From: an uncultured Nitrosomonas sp.
GTDB lineage: Bacteria; Pseudomonadota; Gammaproteobacteria; Burkholderiales; Nitrosomonadaceae
Length of the DNA stretch: 64,000 nucleotides
Direction of reading: 5' to 3'
Assembly: GCA_949281375.1 (NCBI GenBank)
Contig: CASDLT010000010.1
Coordinates: 119,182-183,181 of the forward strand
The notes beneath the pieces were generated by a model that saw only the letters and a list, made by a program, of their open reading frames with translations, had not been told where the DNA came from and searched no databases. Numbering within the stretch: position 1 is the first letter of the stretch; the number at the start of each line of letters is the position of its first letter. Positions 40,385 to 51,597 of the stretch are shown here, piece after piece. The position numbers were made by a program, and so were the translations under genes.

Positions 40385-41632
40385 TTACTCTTTTAGTCTT
40401 TTTGGCTCAGGTTTCGTTTTGTCTATTTTGCTATACCAAGGCATCAAGATGAAAAAAGCAAAATAAATGACTGTAAAGATTTGCGCTAACAAGGTATACA
40501 GCGGGGTCGGCGATTTAGTTCCCAACCAACCCAACACAAAAAAGCTGATCACAAAAAGGGTCAGAGCTATTTTGAAAAAGGGTCCTTTATAGCGTATCGA
40601 TTTGACCGGACTTCTATCCAACCAAGGTAAGAAGCAAAAAATGACAACCGATCCAGCCATCAGAATAACGCCCCACAATTTCGCATCAATCCCAAGGAAA
40701 TTTACCGTCACTGCCCTCAGCATTGAATAGTAAGGGGTGAAATACCATACAGGTGCAATATGATCCGGGGTTTGCAACGTATTAGCAGGGATGAAGTTGT
40801 TATATTCGAGGAAATATCCGCCCATTTCAGGAGCGAAGAAAATAATTCCACAGAACACCATCAAAAAGACGACGACCCCAACAATATCCTTTACCGTGTA
40901 ATAGGGATGAAAAGGAATACCATCCACGGGTATACCAGTGGCTGGGTTTTTGTTTTCTTTTATTTCTACGCCATCAGGATTATTGGAACCGGTTTCATGC
41001 AATGCCAGAATGTGCACGAATACCAGCACGAGCAAAATAAGAGGCAAGGTCACGACATGATAAGCAAAAAAACGATTCAGCGCAGCATCGGAAAGCGTAA
41101 AATCGCCCAATAACCATTGTTGCAATATCTCACCAACACTTGGAATGGCGCCAAACATACTGACGATTACTTGCGCTCCCCAGTAAGACATTTGACCCCA
41201 CGGTAAAATATAACCTGTGAACGCCAAACTCATCAGCACGAAAAATATACACATTCCCACTAACCATAGAAGCTCACGCGGTTTCCGATAGGAACCGTAC
41301 ATCATTCCGCGGAACATGTGCAAATAAACTACGACAAAAAACATGGATGCACCGGTGGAATGCATGTAACGAATCAACCAACCATAATCCACATCGCGCA
41401 TAATGTACTCGACAGATGCAAAAGCTTGACTGGCATCTGGTTTATAGTTCATGGTCAGGAAAATTCCGGTCAACAATTGATTGACCAGTACCAGCAAGGC
41501 TAAAGAACCAAAAAAATACCAGAAATTAAAATTCTTTGGCGCATAGTATTCGGAAAGATGTGCTTTCCAGTTTGATGTCAATGGAAATCGTTTATCGATC
41601 CATCCAATCATTGAATTAAATAAGTTACTCAT
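40385..41632 (-). CDS. petB: Cytochrome b
   Basis: Motifs 'RYMHSTGAS', 'LPWGQMSYWGA' and 'PVWY'. Confidence 0.98.
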   Translation of the reverse strand: MSNLFNSMIGWIDKRFPLTSNWKAHLSEYYAPKNFNFWYFFGSLALLVLVNQLLTGIFLTMNYKPDASQAFASVEYIMRDVDYGWLIRYMHSTGASMFFVVVYLHMFRGMMYGSYRKPRELLWLVGMCIFFVLMSLAFTGYILPWGQMSYWGAQVIVSMFGAIPSVGEILQQWLLGDFTLSDAALNRFFAYHVVTLPLILLVLVFVHILALHETGSNNPDGVEIKENKNPATGIPVDGIPFHPYYTVKDIVGVVVFLMVFCGIIFFAPEMGGYFLEYNNFIPANTLQTPDHIAPVWYFTPYYSMLRAVTVNFLGIDAKLWGVILMAGSVVIFCFLPWLDRSPVKSIRYKGPFFKIALTLFVISFFVLGWLGTKSPTPLYTLLAQIFTVIYFAFFILMPWYSKIDKTKPEPKRLKE

Positions 41633-42247
41633 TTACGCAGATCCCTCGCTTTCAGATCCAATTAAAAGACGGTTATCACTCAAATACACATGAGGAGGCA
41701 CAACCATATTGGTTGGAGCCGGTACATTTTTATATACACGTCCAGCAAGATCAAATTTTGATCCATGGCATGGACAGAAAAAACCACCTAACCAATCCGG
41801 GCCCAGATCCGCTGGAGCCACATCTTTTCTGAATACCGGTGAGCAACCTAAGTGAGTGCACACTCCCTCTGCAACAAAAATTTCTGGCTTGATCGAACGA
41901 GTGCGATTTTTCGCATAGTCTGGCTGCTGTTTTTTTTCAGAAGCTGGATCAGCAAGATCACCCTCGACTTTTTGCAGACTTGCCAGCATGTCAGGAGTTC
42001 GATTTAAAACCCAAACAACTTTTCCGCGCCATTCAACCATTAACAGCATGCCCGGTTCAAGTTTGGAGATATCGACCTCTACTGGTGCACCGGCTGCCTT
42101 GGCTCTCTCGCTAGGCATCATACTTAACAAAAAAGGCGTTGCAATCGCAACGCCTGCAATTCCTCCTGCTACTGAAGTCGCAGCGACCAAGAACTTTCTT
42201 CTGCCACTCATCTCATCATCAATGCTGAAACTATCTGCCATATTCAA
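41633..42247 (-). CDS. petA: Ubiquinol-cytochrome c reductase Rieske subunit
   Basis: Tat motif RRKFL; CTHLGC and CPCHGS. Confidence 0.98.
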   Translation of the reverse strand: MNMADSFSIDDEMSGRRKFLVAATSVAGGIAGVAIATPFLLSMMPSERAKAAGAPVEVDISKLEPGMLLMVEWRGKVVWVLNRTPDMLASLQKVEGDLADPASEKKQQPDYAKNRTRSIKPEIFVAEGVCTHLGCSPVFRKDVAPADLGPDWLGGFFCPCHGSKFDLAGRVYKNVPAPTNMVVPPHVYLSDNRLLIGSESEGSA

Positions 42248-42526
42248 CTATTCCATCAGTAATATTTTATGAAAAATTTAAACCTACAACGAGAATTTTG
42301 TTTACTCTCAATGAATTCCGCACAAAATCCTGCAAAAAATTTATGAATTTTTGAAGCGCGAAGTATAACATAACCATTCTGTGATTATTGAGAATAACAA
42401 AAGTATTTTTATGTTTTGTTGTTCTCATAGTTTTTACGCTCTCAATAATCTAATGAGTATCAAATCAATTTATTCGTCTTACCAAATTGCACACATTAAC
42501 ACATGCAGATTTGGCAGAGGATTTGA

Positions 42527-42665
42527 GGAAATGCTGATTAATTGATTGCACGAACGAACCGCCTCTTGCTTGGTACTCGCCACTCCCCCTATCTGATGGA
42601 TATGCCTGACTGCTGTGTTCCGTGCGTCTTACATTTCTCTCACGCATTTTATTATCAGCGCAACC
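42527..42665 (-). mobile_element. MITE-like repeat, copy C (diverged)
   Basis: End ggaaatgctgattaat; reverse strand has gcacggaacacagcag...gagtacc...gcggttcgttcg; flanks TTGA/TTAC. Confidence 0.7.
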
Positions 42666-42685
42666 TTACCGGCTATTTCTATCAG

Positions 42686-45418
42686 TTACTTAATCTTGCC
42701 ATGACATTGCTTGTATTTCTTACCAGATCCGCAAGGACATGGTTGATTACGTCCCACTTTATCATTATGACGTACGAACGGTTGTGACGTTTTATCAGTC
42801 CGGTCGTCGGCTGTAGCCTCTTCTTCTAAGGCGTCCCGATACTCAGCATGATGAAATTGCACATTTTCTGGCGCTTTCAAATTTTCTGTCACTGCTTCGA
42901 CCTGCTGTTCGCTTTGAATTTGAACTGTCAGCAGTATCTTAGTGACTTCATTCTTGATTTCTTCAAGCATCGTGGTGAATAACTCAAAGGCTTCACGCTT
43001 ATATTCCTGCTTAGGATTCTTTTGAGCATATCCTCGTAAATGAATACCCTGACGCAGATGATCCAATGCCGCCAGATGTTCCCGCCAGTGAGAATCGAGG
43101 CTTTGCAGCATCACTGCTCGCTCGTAATGATGCATGATGTCGGTTCCGACAGTAGCCACCTTTTGCTGATAGAGCGCATTGGCTGAATCAAAAATCCGTT
43201 GAAAAAGATTTTCTTCATGCAACTCAGGATCTTCCTTCAGCCATTGCTCAACGGGAAAATGCAACTGATATTCTGAAGCAAGCATTTTCTCCAAACCTGA
43301 TACATCCCACTGCTCCTCAACACTTCCGGGTGGGATGAATTGTCCAAAAACATTATCCAACACACTTTCCCGGATAGCGACAATAGTTTCAGATATATCA
43401 TGCTCTGCTTCCAGCAATTCATTTCGCTGCTGATAAATAACGTTTCGCTGATCATTGGCGACATCATCATATTCGAGCAATTGCTTACGCATATCGAAAT
43501 TTCTTGCTTCAACCTTTCGTTGAGCATTCTCAATAGCACGGGTTACCCATGGATGCTCGATCGCTTCACCTTCGGGCATTTTAAGGCGCGTCATGATATT
43601 GGCTACGCGATCTGACGCAAATATCCGCAACAATGGGTCTTCGAGTGACAGGTAAAACCGGCTGGAACCAGAATCACCTTGCCGGCCTGAACGGCCACGC
43701 AATTGATTATCCACTCTACGCGACTCATGCCGCTCAGTTCCAATGATGTGCAGTCCTCCCTTGTTGAGAACCTCTTCATGGGTAATTTTCCATTTCTGAT
43801 ACACATCCTCTATGCTTTTTTCTTTGGCTTCCTCGCTCAGTTTCTCATCCTGTCGGATGCGTTCAATTTCTGGCTCCGGATTTCCTCCCAAGACAATATC
43901 GGTTCCGCGGCCAGCCATATTGGTGGCAATGGTAATCATTTTAGGCCGGCCAGCCTGGGCAACGATACTTGCTTCACCGGCATGCTGCTTCGCATTCAGA
44001 ACCTGATGCGGCAATTTCTCTCTTTCTAGCAGCCTAGAAAGCAGCTCATTATTTTCGATCGATGTGGTACCTACCAGCACGGGCTGGCCCTGCTCATAGC
44101 ATTCTTTGATACCGTCGATAATCGCGTTATTTTTTTCCTTCGTCGTGCGAAATACCAGATCCATGCGATCCTCGCGAATCATCGGGCGGTGAGTAGGAAT
44201 TATGACGGTTTCAAGTCCGTAAATCTGCTGGAACTCGGCAGCTTCGGTATCGGCTGTACCAGTCATGCCTGATAACTTCTGATACATACGGAAATAATTC
44301 TGAAAGGTGATCGAAGCCAGAGTCTGATTTTCCTTCTGGATAGGCACACCTTCTTTCGCTTCGACCGCTTGATGCAACCCATCGGACCAGCGGCGGCCAG
44401 CCATCAACCGTCCGGTAAATTCGTCTACGATAACGACTTCGCCATTTTGCACGACATAATGCTGATCCAGGAAATAAAGACTATGAGCGCGCAAACCTGC
44501 ATTCAAATGATGAATCAAATTGATGTGCCCCGGGTCATACAAACTGGATCCCGACTTTAATAATCCTGCTTTCTCGAGCAGCTCTTCGGCATGTTCAAAC
44601 CCTGCTTCACTCATGGTGACCTGATGGGTCTTCTCATCCACACTGTAATCACCCGGCCCGTCTTCAGTCTCTTGCCGAATCAATTTAGGGATCAACGTGT
44701 TGATACGAACGTAAATTTCCGTATCACCTTCAGCCTGCCCAGAAATGATCAGAGGAGTTCGTGCCTCGTCAATGAGAATCGAGTCAACTTCATCGACAAT
44801 GGCAAAATTGAGCACGCGTTGCGCACGTTCCAGCGGATGGGTCACCATATTGTCACGCAAATAATCGAAACCGTATTCGTTATTAGTCCCGTAGGTAATG
44901 TCCGCGGCATAGGCTGCTTGCTTGTCGTCATGAGGCATCTGTGAATAAATCACACCTACGCTCATCCCCAGGAACTGATAAATTTTCCCCATCCACTCAG
45001 CGTCACGTTTAGCCAAGTAGTCATTCACAGTCACAATATGAACACCTTTGCCCGACAAGGCATTCAAATAGGCCGGCAATGTCGCCATGAGCGTCTTGCC
45101 TTCGCCGGTGCGCATCTCGGCAATCTTTCCTTCATGCAATACCATGCCACCGATAAGCTGCACGTCAAAATGGCGCATTTCCAGGACGCGTTTTCCTACT
45201 TCGCGCACAACAGCGAATGCTTCGGGCAAGATCGCGCTGAGTTCTTCTCCAGCTTGGACGCGCTGCTTGAATTCATCTGTTTTGGCACGAAGATCAGCAT
45301 TCGACAGTTCGGTCATCGTGGATTCCAACTCATTAATGACGCGCACAGTCTGGAAATACTGTTTGACCAAACGGTCATTACGACTACCAAAAATTTTTTT
45401 AAATAAATTGCTAAGCAT
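42686..45418 (-). CDS. secA: Preprotein translocase SecA
   Basis: 910 aa. Motifs 'MRTGEGKT', '[11 protein letters not shown]', 'NMAGRGTD' and SEC-C '[13 protein letters not shown]'. Confidence 0.99.
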   Translation of the reverse strand: MLSNLFKKIFGSRNDRLVKQYFQTVRVINELESTMTELSNADLRAKTDEFKQRVQAGEELSAILPEAFAVVREVGKRVLEMRHFDVQLIGGMVLHEGKIAEMRTGEGKTLMATLPAYLNALSGKGVHIVTVNDYLAKRDAEWMGKIYQFLGMSVGVIYSQMPHDDKQAAYAADITYGTNNEYGFDYLRDNMVTHPLERAQRVLNFAIVDEVDSILIDEARTPLIISGQAEGDTEIYVRINTLIPKLIRQETEDGPGDYSVDEKTHQVTMSEAGFEHAEELLEKAGLLKSGSSLYDPGHINLIHHLNAGLRAHSLYFLDQHYVVQNGEVVIVDEFTGRLMAGRRWSDGLHQAVEAKEGVPIQKENQTLASITFQNYFRMYQKLSGMTGTADTEAAEFQQIYGLETVIIPTHRPMIREDRMDLVFRTTKEKNNAIIDGIKECYEQGQPVLVGTTSIENNELLSRLLEREKLPHQVLNAKQHAGEASIVAQAGRPKMITIATNMAGRGTDIVLGGNPEPEIERIRQDEKLSEEAKEKSIEDVYQKWKITHEEVLNKGGLHIIGTERHESRRVDNQLRGRSGRQGDSGSSRFYLSLEDPLLRIFASDRVANIMTRLKMPEGEAIEHPWVTRAIENAQRKVEARNFDMRKQLLEYDDVANDQRNVIYQQRNELLEAEHDISETIVAIRESVLDNVFGQFIPPGSVEEQWDVSGLEKMLASEYQLHFPVEQWLKEDPELHEENLFQRIFDSANALYQQKVATVGTDIMHHYERAVMLQSLDSHWREHLAALDHLRQGIHLRGYAQKNPKQEYKREAFELFTTMLEEIKNEVTKILLTVQIQSEQQVEAVTENLKAPENVQFHHAEYRDALEEEATADDRTDKTSQPFVRHNDKVGRNQPCPCGSGKKYKQCHGKIK

Positions 45419-45727
45419 AGAGTCCTAAAATTCTGTTTAAACAATGACTATGAACTTGGGCGAAAGATTTTACCGCGTCCATGCAAAACGAAAAGGCTTA
45501 ATTTTCAAGAAATCCTATCGGCACTTCATCAACTTCAGCATCGCTTGCGAGATCTCTTCATGAATAAAATCCGCATATTGTAAAGGAAATTTTGAAAAGC
45601 TACTGCTGACGTTCAGTCAGCTTGCGATGAAATCAGGCTCAACATGCCCTTCTTCAGTTATAAGTTAGTTCCTTGCCAGTCTTCACTTTCTATCCCCTGC
45701 TATCCATTTACACCATCTGCGATGGAT

Positions 45728-46645
45728 TTAGGGCGATTTTTTTAAGAATCGTGAAGGATTCAATGATTTATCTTTATGCCGTATTTCAAAATGCAGGTGC
45801 GGGCCGGTGGAACGTCCGGTATTACCGACTTCAGCTATCTTCTGCCCCTGCAATACCACCTGACCAAGCTCCACCAAACGTTTTGAGGCGTGCGCATAAC
45901 GACTTATCAACTCATCCCCATGATCTATCTCGACCATATTACCATATTCAGGATGACGGCCCGAATAGACCACCACACCGCCAGCAGAAGCTTTAATCGG
46001 GGTTCCAATATCTGCAGAAAAATCGACGCCTTCATGGAATGCGCGTTTTCCCGTAAAAGGATCCAGTCGATAACCATATCCGGACGAAAACCAGTCCGTT
46101 TCAATGGGCATCTCCGATGGTACAACGTATTTGCTCAACCGATCCCGGCGCAACAATGAATCCAGTGCGCTCAGCTTGTCCATTCTCTCATCCAGCACAT
46201 CGGACAATTCGTGCAGTTTATGATTGAACTCGGCAAACGTCAGCGCCTCAGTCGAAAATGCGCTATGCGCTCCGCCCTGTCCAGGCATTTCGTTAAAAAA
46301 GAGATCGCGAGACTCAATACCAGTCGATTCGGCCAAACGCTCACCCAGGGCATCCAAACGCAACAGTTGCGCTTGCATCTGGCCAAGCTTGCTGGCCATA
46401 ATATTTAAATTATCTTGCAGATGAGTTTGAATCTTTTGATGTCTTTCTTCTTGAGGATTCACCAATACGGCTCGTAAAAATGGTTCCTGGATCCGGTCAG
46501 CATACCGTAGCGAAATAAAATTCAAGCTCAGAGCCAATATCAGTACAATAGATAGAAAAAAGCCGATGAATAAGGTAATGTGTTTTCCTGTGAGGGAAAT
46601 TTTTCGCGCACGTTCTGATCTATTTGAAATAAAGATAATATTCAT
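45728..46645 (-). CDS. M23 family metallopeptidase
   Basis: HEGVD, 'YAHAS' and 'STGPHLHFE'; TM plus coiled coil. Start moved to 46645. Confidence 0.92.
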   Translation of the reverse strand: MNIIFISNRSERARKISLTGKHITLFIGFFLSIVLILALSLNFISLRYADRIQEPFLRAVLVNPQEERHQKIQTHLQDNLNIMASKLGQMQAQLLRLDALGERLAESTGIESRDLFFNEMPGQGGAHSAFSTEALTFAEFNHKLHELSDVLDERMDKLSALDSLLRRDRLSKYVVPSEMPIETDWFSSGYGYRLDPFTGKRAFHEGVDFSADIGTPIKASAGGVVVYSGRHPEYGNMVEIDHGDELISRYAHASKRLVELGQVVLQGQKIAEVGNTGRSTGPHLHFEIRHKDKSLNPSRFLKKSP

Positions 46646-46676
46646 AGTGAGCATTCCTGGAAATGTTGCATTAGCC

Positions 46677-47135
46677 ATGACCTCTTATAAAGTTAATTCT
46701 TATCTGAAACTTCTTGAGAAAACCCCTGAATATAAAGATGTGTTCTCTCTGGCACATCAGTTACATTCTAATCAATTAATATTTTCCCAACTGGTTCCAT
46801 CGCATTTAGCGCAGCACTGCACAATGGGACAGCTCATGCAGGGTAAATTGACGATAATGGCCGAAAATGGGGCGATTGCTCATAAGCTCAAGCAAATATC
46901 TCCATCGTTGTTGCTCAAGCTACAAGAATTAGGATGGGAAGTTACTGCAATTCAAATCTTGGTGCAAGCATATCAGATGACCCAAAATGCACAACAATCG
47001 CTCCATGCCAGACCGTTAAAAATGAAACTCAGCCAAGCCGGAAAGAACTCTTTACGTCAATTGGCAGCCAGCTTACCTAATTCAGAATTTAAAGATACCA
47101 TTAATTCTTTTCTAAACAAGCATCAAACAGATTGA
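46677..47135 (+). CDS. DUF721 (DciA-like) protein
   Basis: Divergent from M23-secA as in other Betaproteobacteria; 'AHKLKQISPSLLLKLQELGWEVTAIQILVQ'. Start moved to 46677. Confidence 0.75.
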   Translation: MTSYKVNSYLKLLEKTPEYKDVFSLAHQLHSNQLIFSQLVPSHLAQHCTMGQLMQGKLTIMAENGAIAHKLKQISPSLLLKLQELGWEVTAIQILVQAYQMTQNAQQSLHARPLKMKLSQAGKNSLRQLAASLPNSEFKDTINSFLNKHQTD

Positions 47136-47602
47136 GATTGGCTCCTTAAATCGTAAAATACAAGGTCATCAATCAAATAGTCGCATATTTCACTGCTTTG
47201 TCGAATTCTCGGTAAAAATTTCCATTATTGTTTTAAACGGGTCCTTTTCAGATTCTCCAGGAAACGAGCCTAGACTCAAGTGTAAGAATAACGCGGTAGC
47301 TCATCTCCCAGCAATGCCAACTATCATTTTCTCGATAAGATTCCCTTGAATTTTTCATTATTTCAATAGACCACCCATCGCTTCACAATTTCTGGCACTA
47401 TTCAAAGAGTCGGCTGTCTACTCGTTTTTTATCTTCATCAGACGTCTCGTATATAATGCAGAATCGTTGATCGGACTGATAGGTACAAAACGCATCATTT
47501 CCCAATAGTATCTTAATCCTTATATTTTCTAATCATGACTCATGCTTTCTGTGTGCAGCAATTTCAGGCTACCCATCCAACCATGCTGATAAAAATCATC
47601 CT

Positions 47603-49456
47603 ATGAATGTTTTTTATGAAGAAGCTGGATCCTTCAAGGTGGGTGCCATCCTGATCGATAACAACACTTCGTTACAGATAGAGGCAGTGCACGGCAAACG
47701 CTCGAAAATCAAGGCATCGTCGGTATTGTTTCGGTTTGATACGCCCCCACTGCCTGAGTTCATGGGTCATGTCCAAAAAGTAATCGATGAGCTGGATCCT
47801 AATTTTCTCTGGGAATGCAGTGCGCAGAATACCGAATTCGCCAGCAATGAACTCGCAGCCGATTATTTTGGCCATAAACCGAGTCCAGTCGAAGCAGCTG
47901 CCATTTTGCTGCTACTGCAAAATGCGCCTATCTATTTTTATAAAAAGGGCCTCGGACGATATAAAGCAGCGCCCCCCGATGCGCTGAAGGCAGCACTGGC
48001 CGGTCAAGAGAAGAAACGCTTGCAGGCAGAGCAGCAATCTCGATATATCGCACACTTGAATGAATTTCTTCTACCTGAAGAGTTTAAGCCGCTGATCGGC
48101 AATTTGCTCTACAAACCCGAGAAAAATTCTATCGAATGGAAAGCGCTTGAACACGTCTGCACAGAAAAAAAACTAACCGCCGTCAAACTGTTGGAGAAAT
48201 GCGGGGCTGTTCCTTCATCGCATGATTACCATTTCAATCAATTCGTTTGGGAGCATTTTCCAGAGGGAACCGGCTTTAAAGGATTGGAATCTCAATCGTC
48301 ATTCACCGATTTACCGGATTTACCTGTTTCAGATGTAATCGCCTTCAGTATCGATGATGCTTCGACCACAGAAATCGATGATGCCTTCTCCGTGACGCAG
48401 CTGTCACTTGGAAGCTTTCGCATTGGCATTCATATTGCCGCACCGGCATTGGGAATCGAACCCGACTCGGCTCTGGACAAGATCGCGGCGGAACGGCTTT
48501 CAACAGTTTATCTACCCGGGAATAAGATTACCATGCTGCCCGACAGCATCATCAATCACTTCACATTGACTGAAAACCGCTTACAACCAGCCCTTTCTCT
48601 ATATCTTGACGTATCCGATGATTTCACGGTCATTAAATGCGAAAGTCGAATCGAAAAAATCAGAGTCGCTACCAACTTGCGCAACAATTCACTCGAGCAG
48701 CATTTCAACGATCTGGCCTTGAACAAAGGAGGATTCGAGCACGTCTACAGCAACGAACTTAGCCTGTTATGGAAATTTGCCTGCAAAATGGAGGCCCAGC
48801 GGGGAAAATCCAATGATAACAATGACAAAATCGACTATAGTTTTGACATTAAGGATGATCGCGTGACGATCAATGAACGCCGTCGCGGCTCGCCCATCGA
48901 CAAGGTGGTGTCGGAACTCATGATTTATGTGAATACCGAATGGGGCAAACAATTAACTGAAGCAGGCATTACCGGGATTTTTCGCAGCCAGATGAATGGC
49001 AAAGTCAAAATGAGTACTTCCCCGGCACCGCACCAGGGTTTGGGCGTTTCTCAATATACCTGGAGCAGCTCGCCGATGAGGCGGTATGTCGACCTCATCA
49101 ATCAACGGCAACTTATCGCACTCCTCAGGAAGGAAGCGCCGCCGTATCAAAAGGATAGTCATAGCCTGTTAGTAGCCATGCGCGATTTTGACGCGGCCTA
49201 TAATATCTATGGTGAATTCCAGCGATCAATGGAGCGCTACTGGTGCCTGCGCTGGTTACTTCAAGAAAACATTCAGATCACCAATGCGCAGGTCATCAAG
49301 GAAAATCTGGTGAAATTGGATCACATGCCATTGATTACCCGCGTGCCCTCCTTGCCCGACATGGCGCCCGGCACGTATGTACAATTGAAATTATCCGAGA
49401 TTGATCTGCTTGAACGTTATCTGCATGCGGAATTTCTACAAAAACATAACACATAG
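47603..49456 (+). CDS. rnb: RNB-domain exoribonuclease (betaproteobacterial RNase II type)
   Basis: Motifs 'FSIDDASTTEIDDAFS' and 'SSPMRRYVDL'. Confidence 0.92.
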   Translation: MNVFYEEAGSFKVGAILIDNNTSLQIEAVHGKRSKIKASSVLFRFDTPPLPEFMGHVQKVIDELDPNFLWECSAQNTEFASNELAADYFGHKPSPVEAAAILLLLQNAPIYFYKKGLGRYKAAPPDALKAALAGQEKKRLQAEQQSRYIAHLNEFLLPEEFKPLIGNLLYKPEKNSIEWKALEHVCTEKKLTAVKLLEKCGAVPSSHDYHFNQFVWEHFPEGTGFKGLESQSSFTDLPDLPVSDVIAFSIDDASTTEIDDAFSVTQLSLGSFRIGIHIAAPALGIEPDSALDKIAAERLSTVYLPGNKITMLPDSIINHFTLTENRLQPALSLYLDVSDDFTVIKCESRIEKIRVATNLRNNSLEQHFNDLALNKGGFEHVYSNELSLLWKFACKMEAQRGKSNDNNDKIDYSFDIKDDRVTINERRRGSPIDKVVSELMIYVNTEWGKQLTEAGITGIFRSQMNGKVKMSTSPAPHQGLGVSQYTWSSSPMRRYVDLINQRQLIALLRKEAPPYQKDSHSLLVAMRDFDAAYNIYGEFQRSMERYWCLRWLLQENIQITNAQVIKENLVKLDHMPLITRVPSLPDMAPGTYVQLKLSEIDLLERYLHAEFLQKHNT

Positions 49457-49584
49457 TACAACGGTGAAAACGCGATCATCCGTTAATATTGACTAATCAT
49501 ATGACAAGAAAATAGTTGTTGCCTACAATACGAACTTTGCTCTTCGCGGTACGATTTATTATTTAAGGTCTGATCTCCTTAGCT

Positions 49585-50496
49585 GTGACTATTCATTTAA
49601 ACGATATTCCCTCATTACTGGCCCGTAGCTATCAATTTGCTCAAGCCAATCGCCTGCTGGTGGCGATGACCATTTCGTTATTTCTCCACGTAATCATATT
49701 GTTCGGGGTCACATTTCAATTCCCGCAACCCAATTTCGATAAGATCGCAACTTCTCTCGAAGTCGTATTGGTCAACAATAAAACTCTCTCCAAACCCACA
49801 AAAACTGATTTACTCGCTCCAGATAATCTTGATGGTGGCGGGAATACCAACGATGATCGCCGCGCCAAAACGCCTTTCCCGGTATTACCAAAAAGCAAGC
49901 CACTGTCGAAAGAAGTGGCCACGGAACAAAAAGTGAAGCAACTGGAGCATGAAGCCAAAAAACTCATGACTGCTGTCAAAGATGCCAAAACGATCGAACA
50001 ACCCAACACACAGCAACAAGAACCTGAAAACAAAGAGCCTAATACCGAAACCAGCGACTTGTTAGTGCGCAGCCTGGATATTGCCCGCTTACGAGCGCAG
50101 ATCGATCAGGATCATGATACCTATCAAAAGCGTCCCAAGAGAAAATTTGTCGGTGCGCGCACCAAGGAATACCGATTTGCACGCTATGTCGAAGATTGGC
50201 GCATGAAAATTGAGCGCATTGGTAATTTGAATTACCCCGAGGCGGCCAGAAAGGGAAAGCTCTATGGAAATTTGCAACTCACGGTCAGCATTCGCGCCGA
50301 CGGAGGTTTGGAATCGATCGAAATCAACCGTTCATCCGGTGAAAAAATTCTCGACCAAGCAGCCATCAACATCGTAAAACTAGCCGGACAAAACGGTTTT
50401 GCACCTTTTCCACCTGATATCCGCCAAGATACCGATATCTTGCATATTACCCGCACTTGGATATTTGCACCGTCCGACATGCTGTTAAGCCAATGA
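49585..50496 (+). CDS. TonB-family energy transducer
   Basis: N-terminal TM 'SLFLHV', C-terminal TonB_C 'SSGEKILDQAA'; conserved rnb-tonB-aroE order. Confidence 0.85.
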   Translation: MTIHLNDIPSLLARSYQFAQANRLLVAMTISLFLHVIILFGVTFQFPQPNFDKIATSLEVVLVNNKTLSKPTKTDLLAPDNLDGGGNTNDDRRAKTPFPVLPKSKPLSKEVATEQKVKQLEHEAKKLMTAVKDAKTIEQPNTQQQEPENKEPNTETSDLLVRSLDIARLRAQIDQDHDTYQKRPKRKFVGARTKEYRFARYVEDWRMKIERIGNLNYPEAARKGKLYGNLQLTVSIRADGGLESIEINRSSGEKILDQAAINIVKLAGQNGFAPFPPDIRQDTDILHITRTWIFAPSDMLLSQ

Positions 50497-50536
50497 TCGT
50501 GGCGCCGCCACATTATCATTTTCAAATCCTGCACCG

Positions 50537-51355
50537 ATGACTGATCGATATGCCGTAATTGGCAATCCCATCTCGCACAGCAAATCTCCGCTCATCCATG
50601 CTGCGTTTGCACGCCAGACCCATCAATCGATGCAATATGATGCGCTTCTGTCTCCGCTCGACGGCTTCCAAACAACCGTGCGTCATTTTCAACAACAGGG
50701 GGGCAAAGGCATGAACATTACCGTGCCCTTCAAAATGGAAGCATACCAGCTAGCCACCAGCCTGACTGAACGAGCAACCAACGCTCAGGCTGTCAACACA
50801 TTCAAATTCGATCAACAAGACATCGTGGGTGACAATACCGATGGCGCTGGGCTGGTCCGCGACATTGAATGCAATCTCGGAGTAACCCTCACCAGCAAAC
50901 GCATCTTGTTGATGGGCGCAGGTGGAGCAGCACGTGGCGTAATCTTGCCGATTCTGCTGCAACACCCCTCCTTGCTCACCATCGCCAACCGAACGCCAGA
51001 AAAGGCGCACGTTCTGAAACATCAATTCGATGCGCATGGTCATCTCTTGGCTCGTGATTATGCAGAACTTTGCAATCAACGGTTCGACATCATCATCAAT
51101 GCCACATCAGCAAGCCTGAACGATACGCTACCCGATTTATCTCCTGATCTGTTCGAGGACGTGATGCTTGTCTACGATATGATGTATGGATCTGACCTCA
51201 CACGTTTCCTGAAATACGCTCAACAACACGGCGCGCAACGGCTATCCGATGGGTTGGGCATGCTGGTGGAACAGGCAGCTGAATCCTTCTTCCTATGGCG
51301 AGGCATCCGACCTGAAACTCAACCCGTCATTAGTTTCCTTAAATCAGGTCTTTAA
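50537..51355 (+). CDS. aroE: Shikimate dehydrogenase
   Basis: Motifs 'HSKSPLIH', 'NITVPFK', 'GDNTDG' and 'GAGGAA'. Confidence 0.97.
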   Translation: MTDRYAVIGNPISHSKSPLIHAAFARQTHQSMQYDALLSPLDGFQTTVRHFQQQGGKGMNITVPFKMEAYQLATSLTERATNAQAVNTFKFDQQDIVGDNTDGAGLVRDIECNLGVTLTSKRILLMGAGGAARGVILPILLQHPSLLTIANRTPEKAHVLKHQFDAHGHLLARDYAELCNQRFDIIINATSASLNDTLPDLSPDLFEDVMLVYDMMYGSDLTRFLKYAQQHGAQRLSDGLGMLVEQAAESFFLWRGIRPETQPVISFLKSGL

Positions 51356-51365
51356 GTTCCATTAA

Positions 51366-51391
51366 AAGATTGATTGAAACTCATCAATCTT
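51366..51391. terminator. Inverted repeat after aroE (possible terminator or operator)
   Basis: aagattgat-N8-atcaatctt; AT-rich stem. Confidence 0.4.
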
Positions 51392-51597
51392 ACTGATTTG
51401 GCTGTTGATTGACGTCCCGGTTATACTCATCGGTGTCAAAATGACACGGAGAGAACCGCGTTAATTCGCTGCACTCTTATCTTTCCCACCCATGATCCTG
51501 ATATATTACTGGGGTTTTCATTCCCGGAGTCATCAATCTGCACCCAGCGCGGCGTTTTAAACGTCAACATTAATTCACTTGCCCTCGTTAAACCAAA

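Noticed and set aside
42465-42787. ORFs 42465-42647 (-) and 42542-42787 (+)
   Set aside because: Derived from MITE copy C and antisense secA.
46646-46678. Longer starts for the M23 gene (46678) and DUF721 (46566)
   Set aside because: They make the divergent genes overlap; internal ATGs at 46645 and 46677 fit better.
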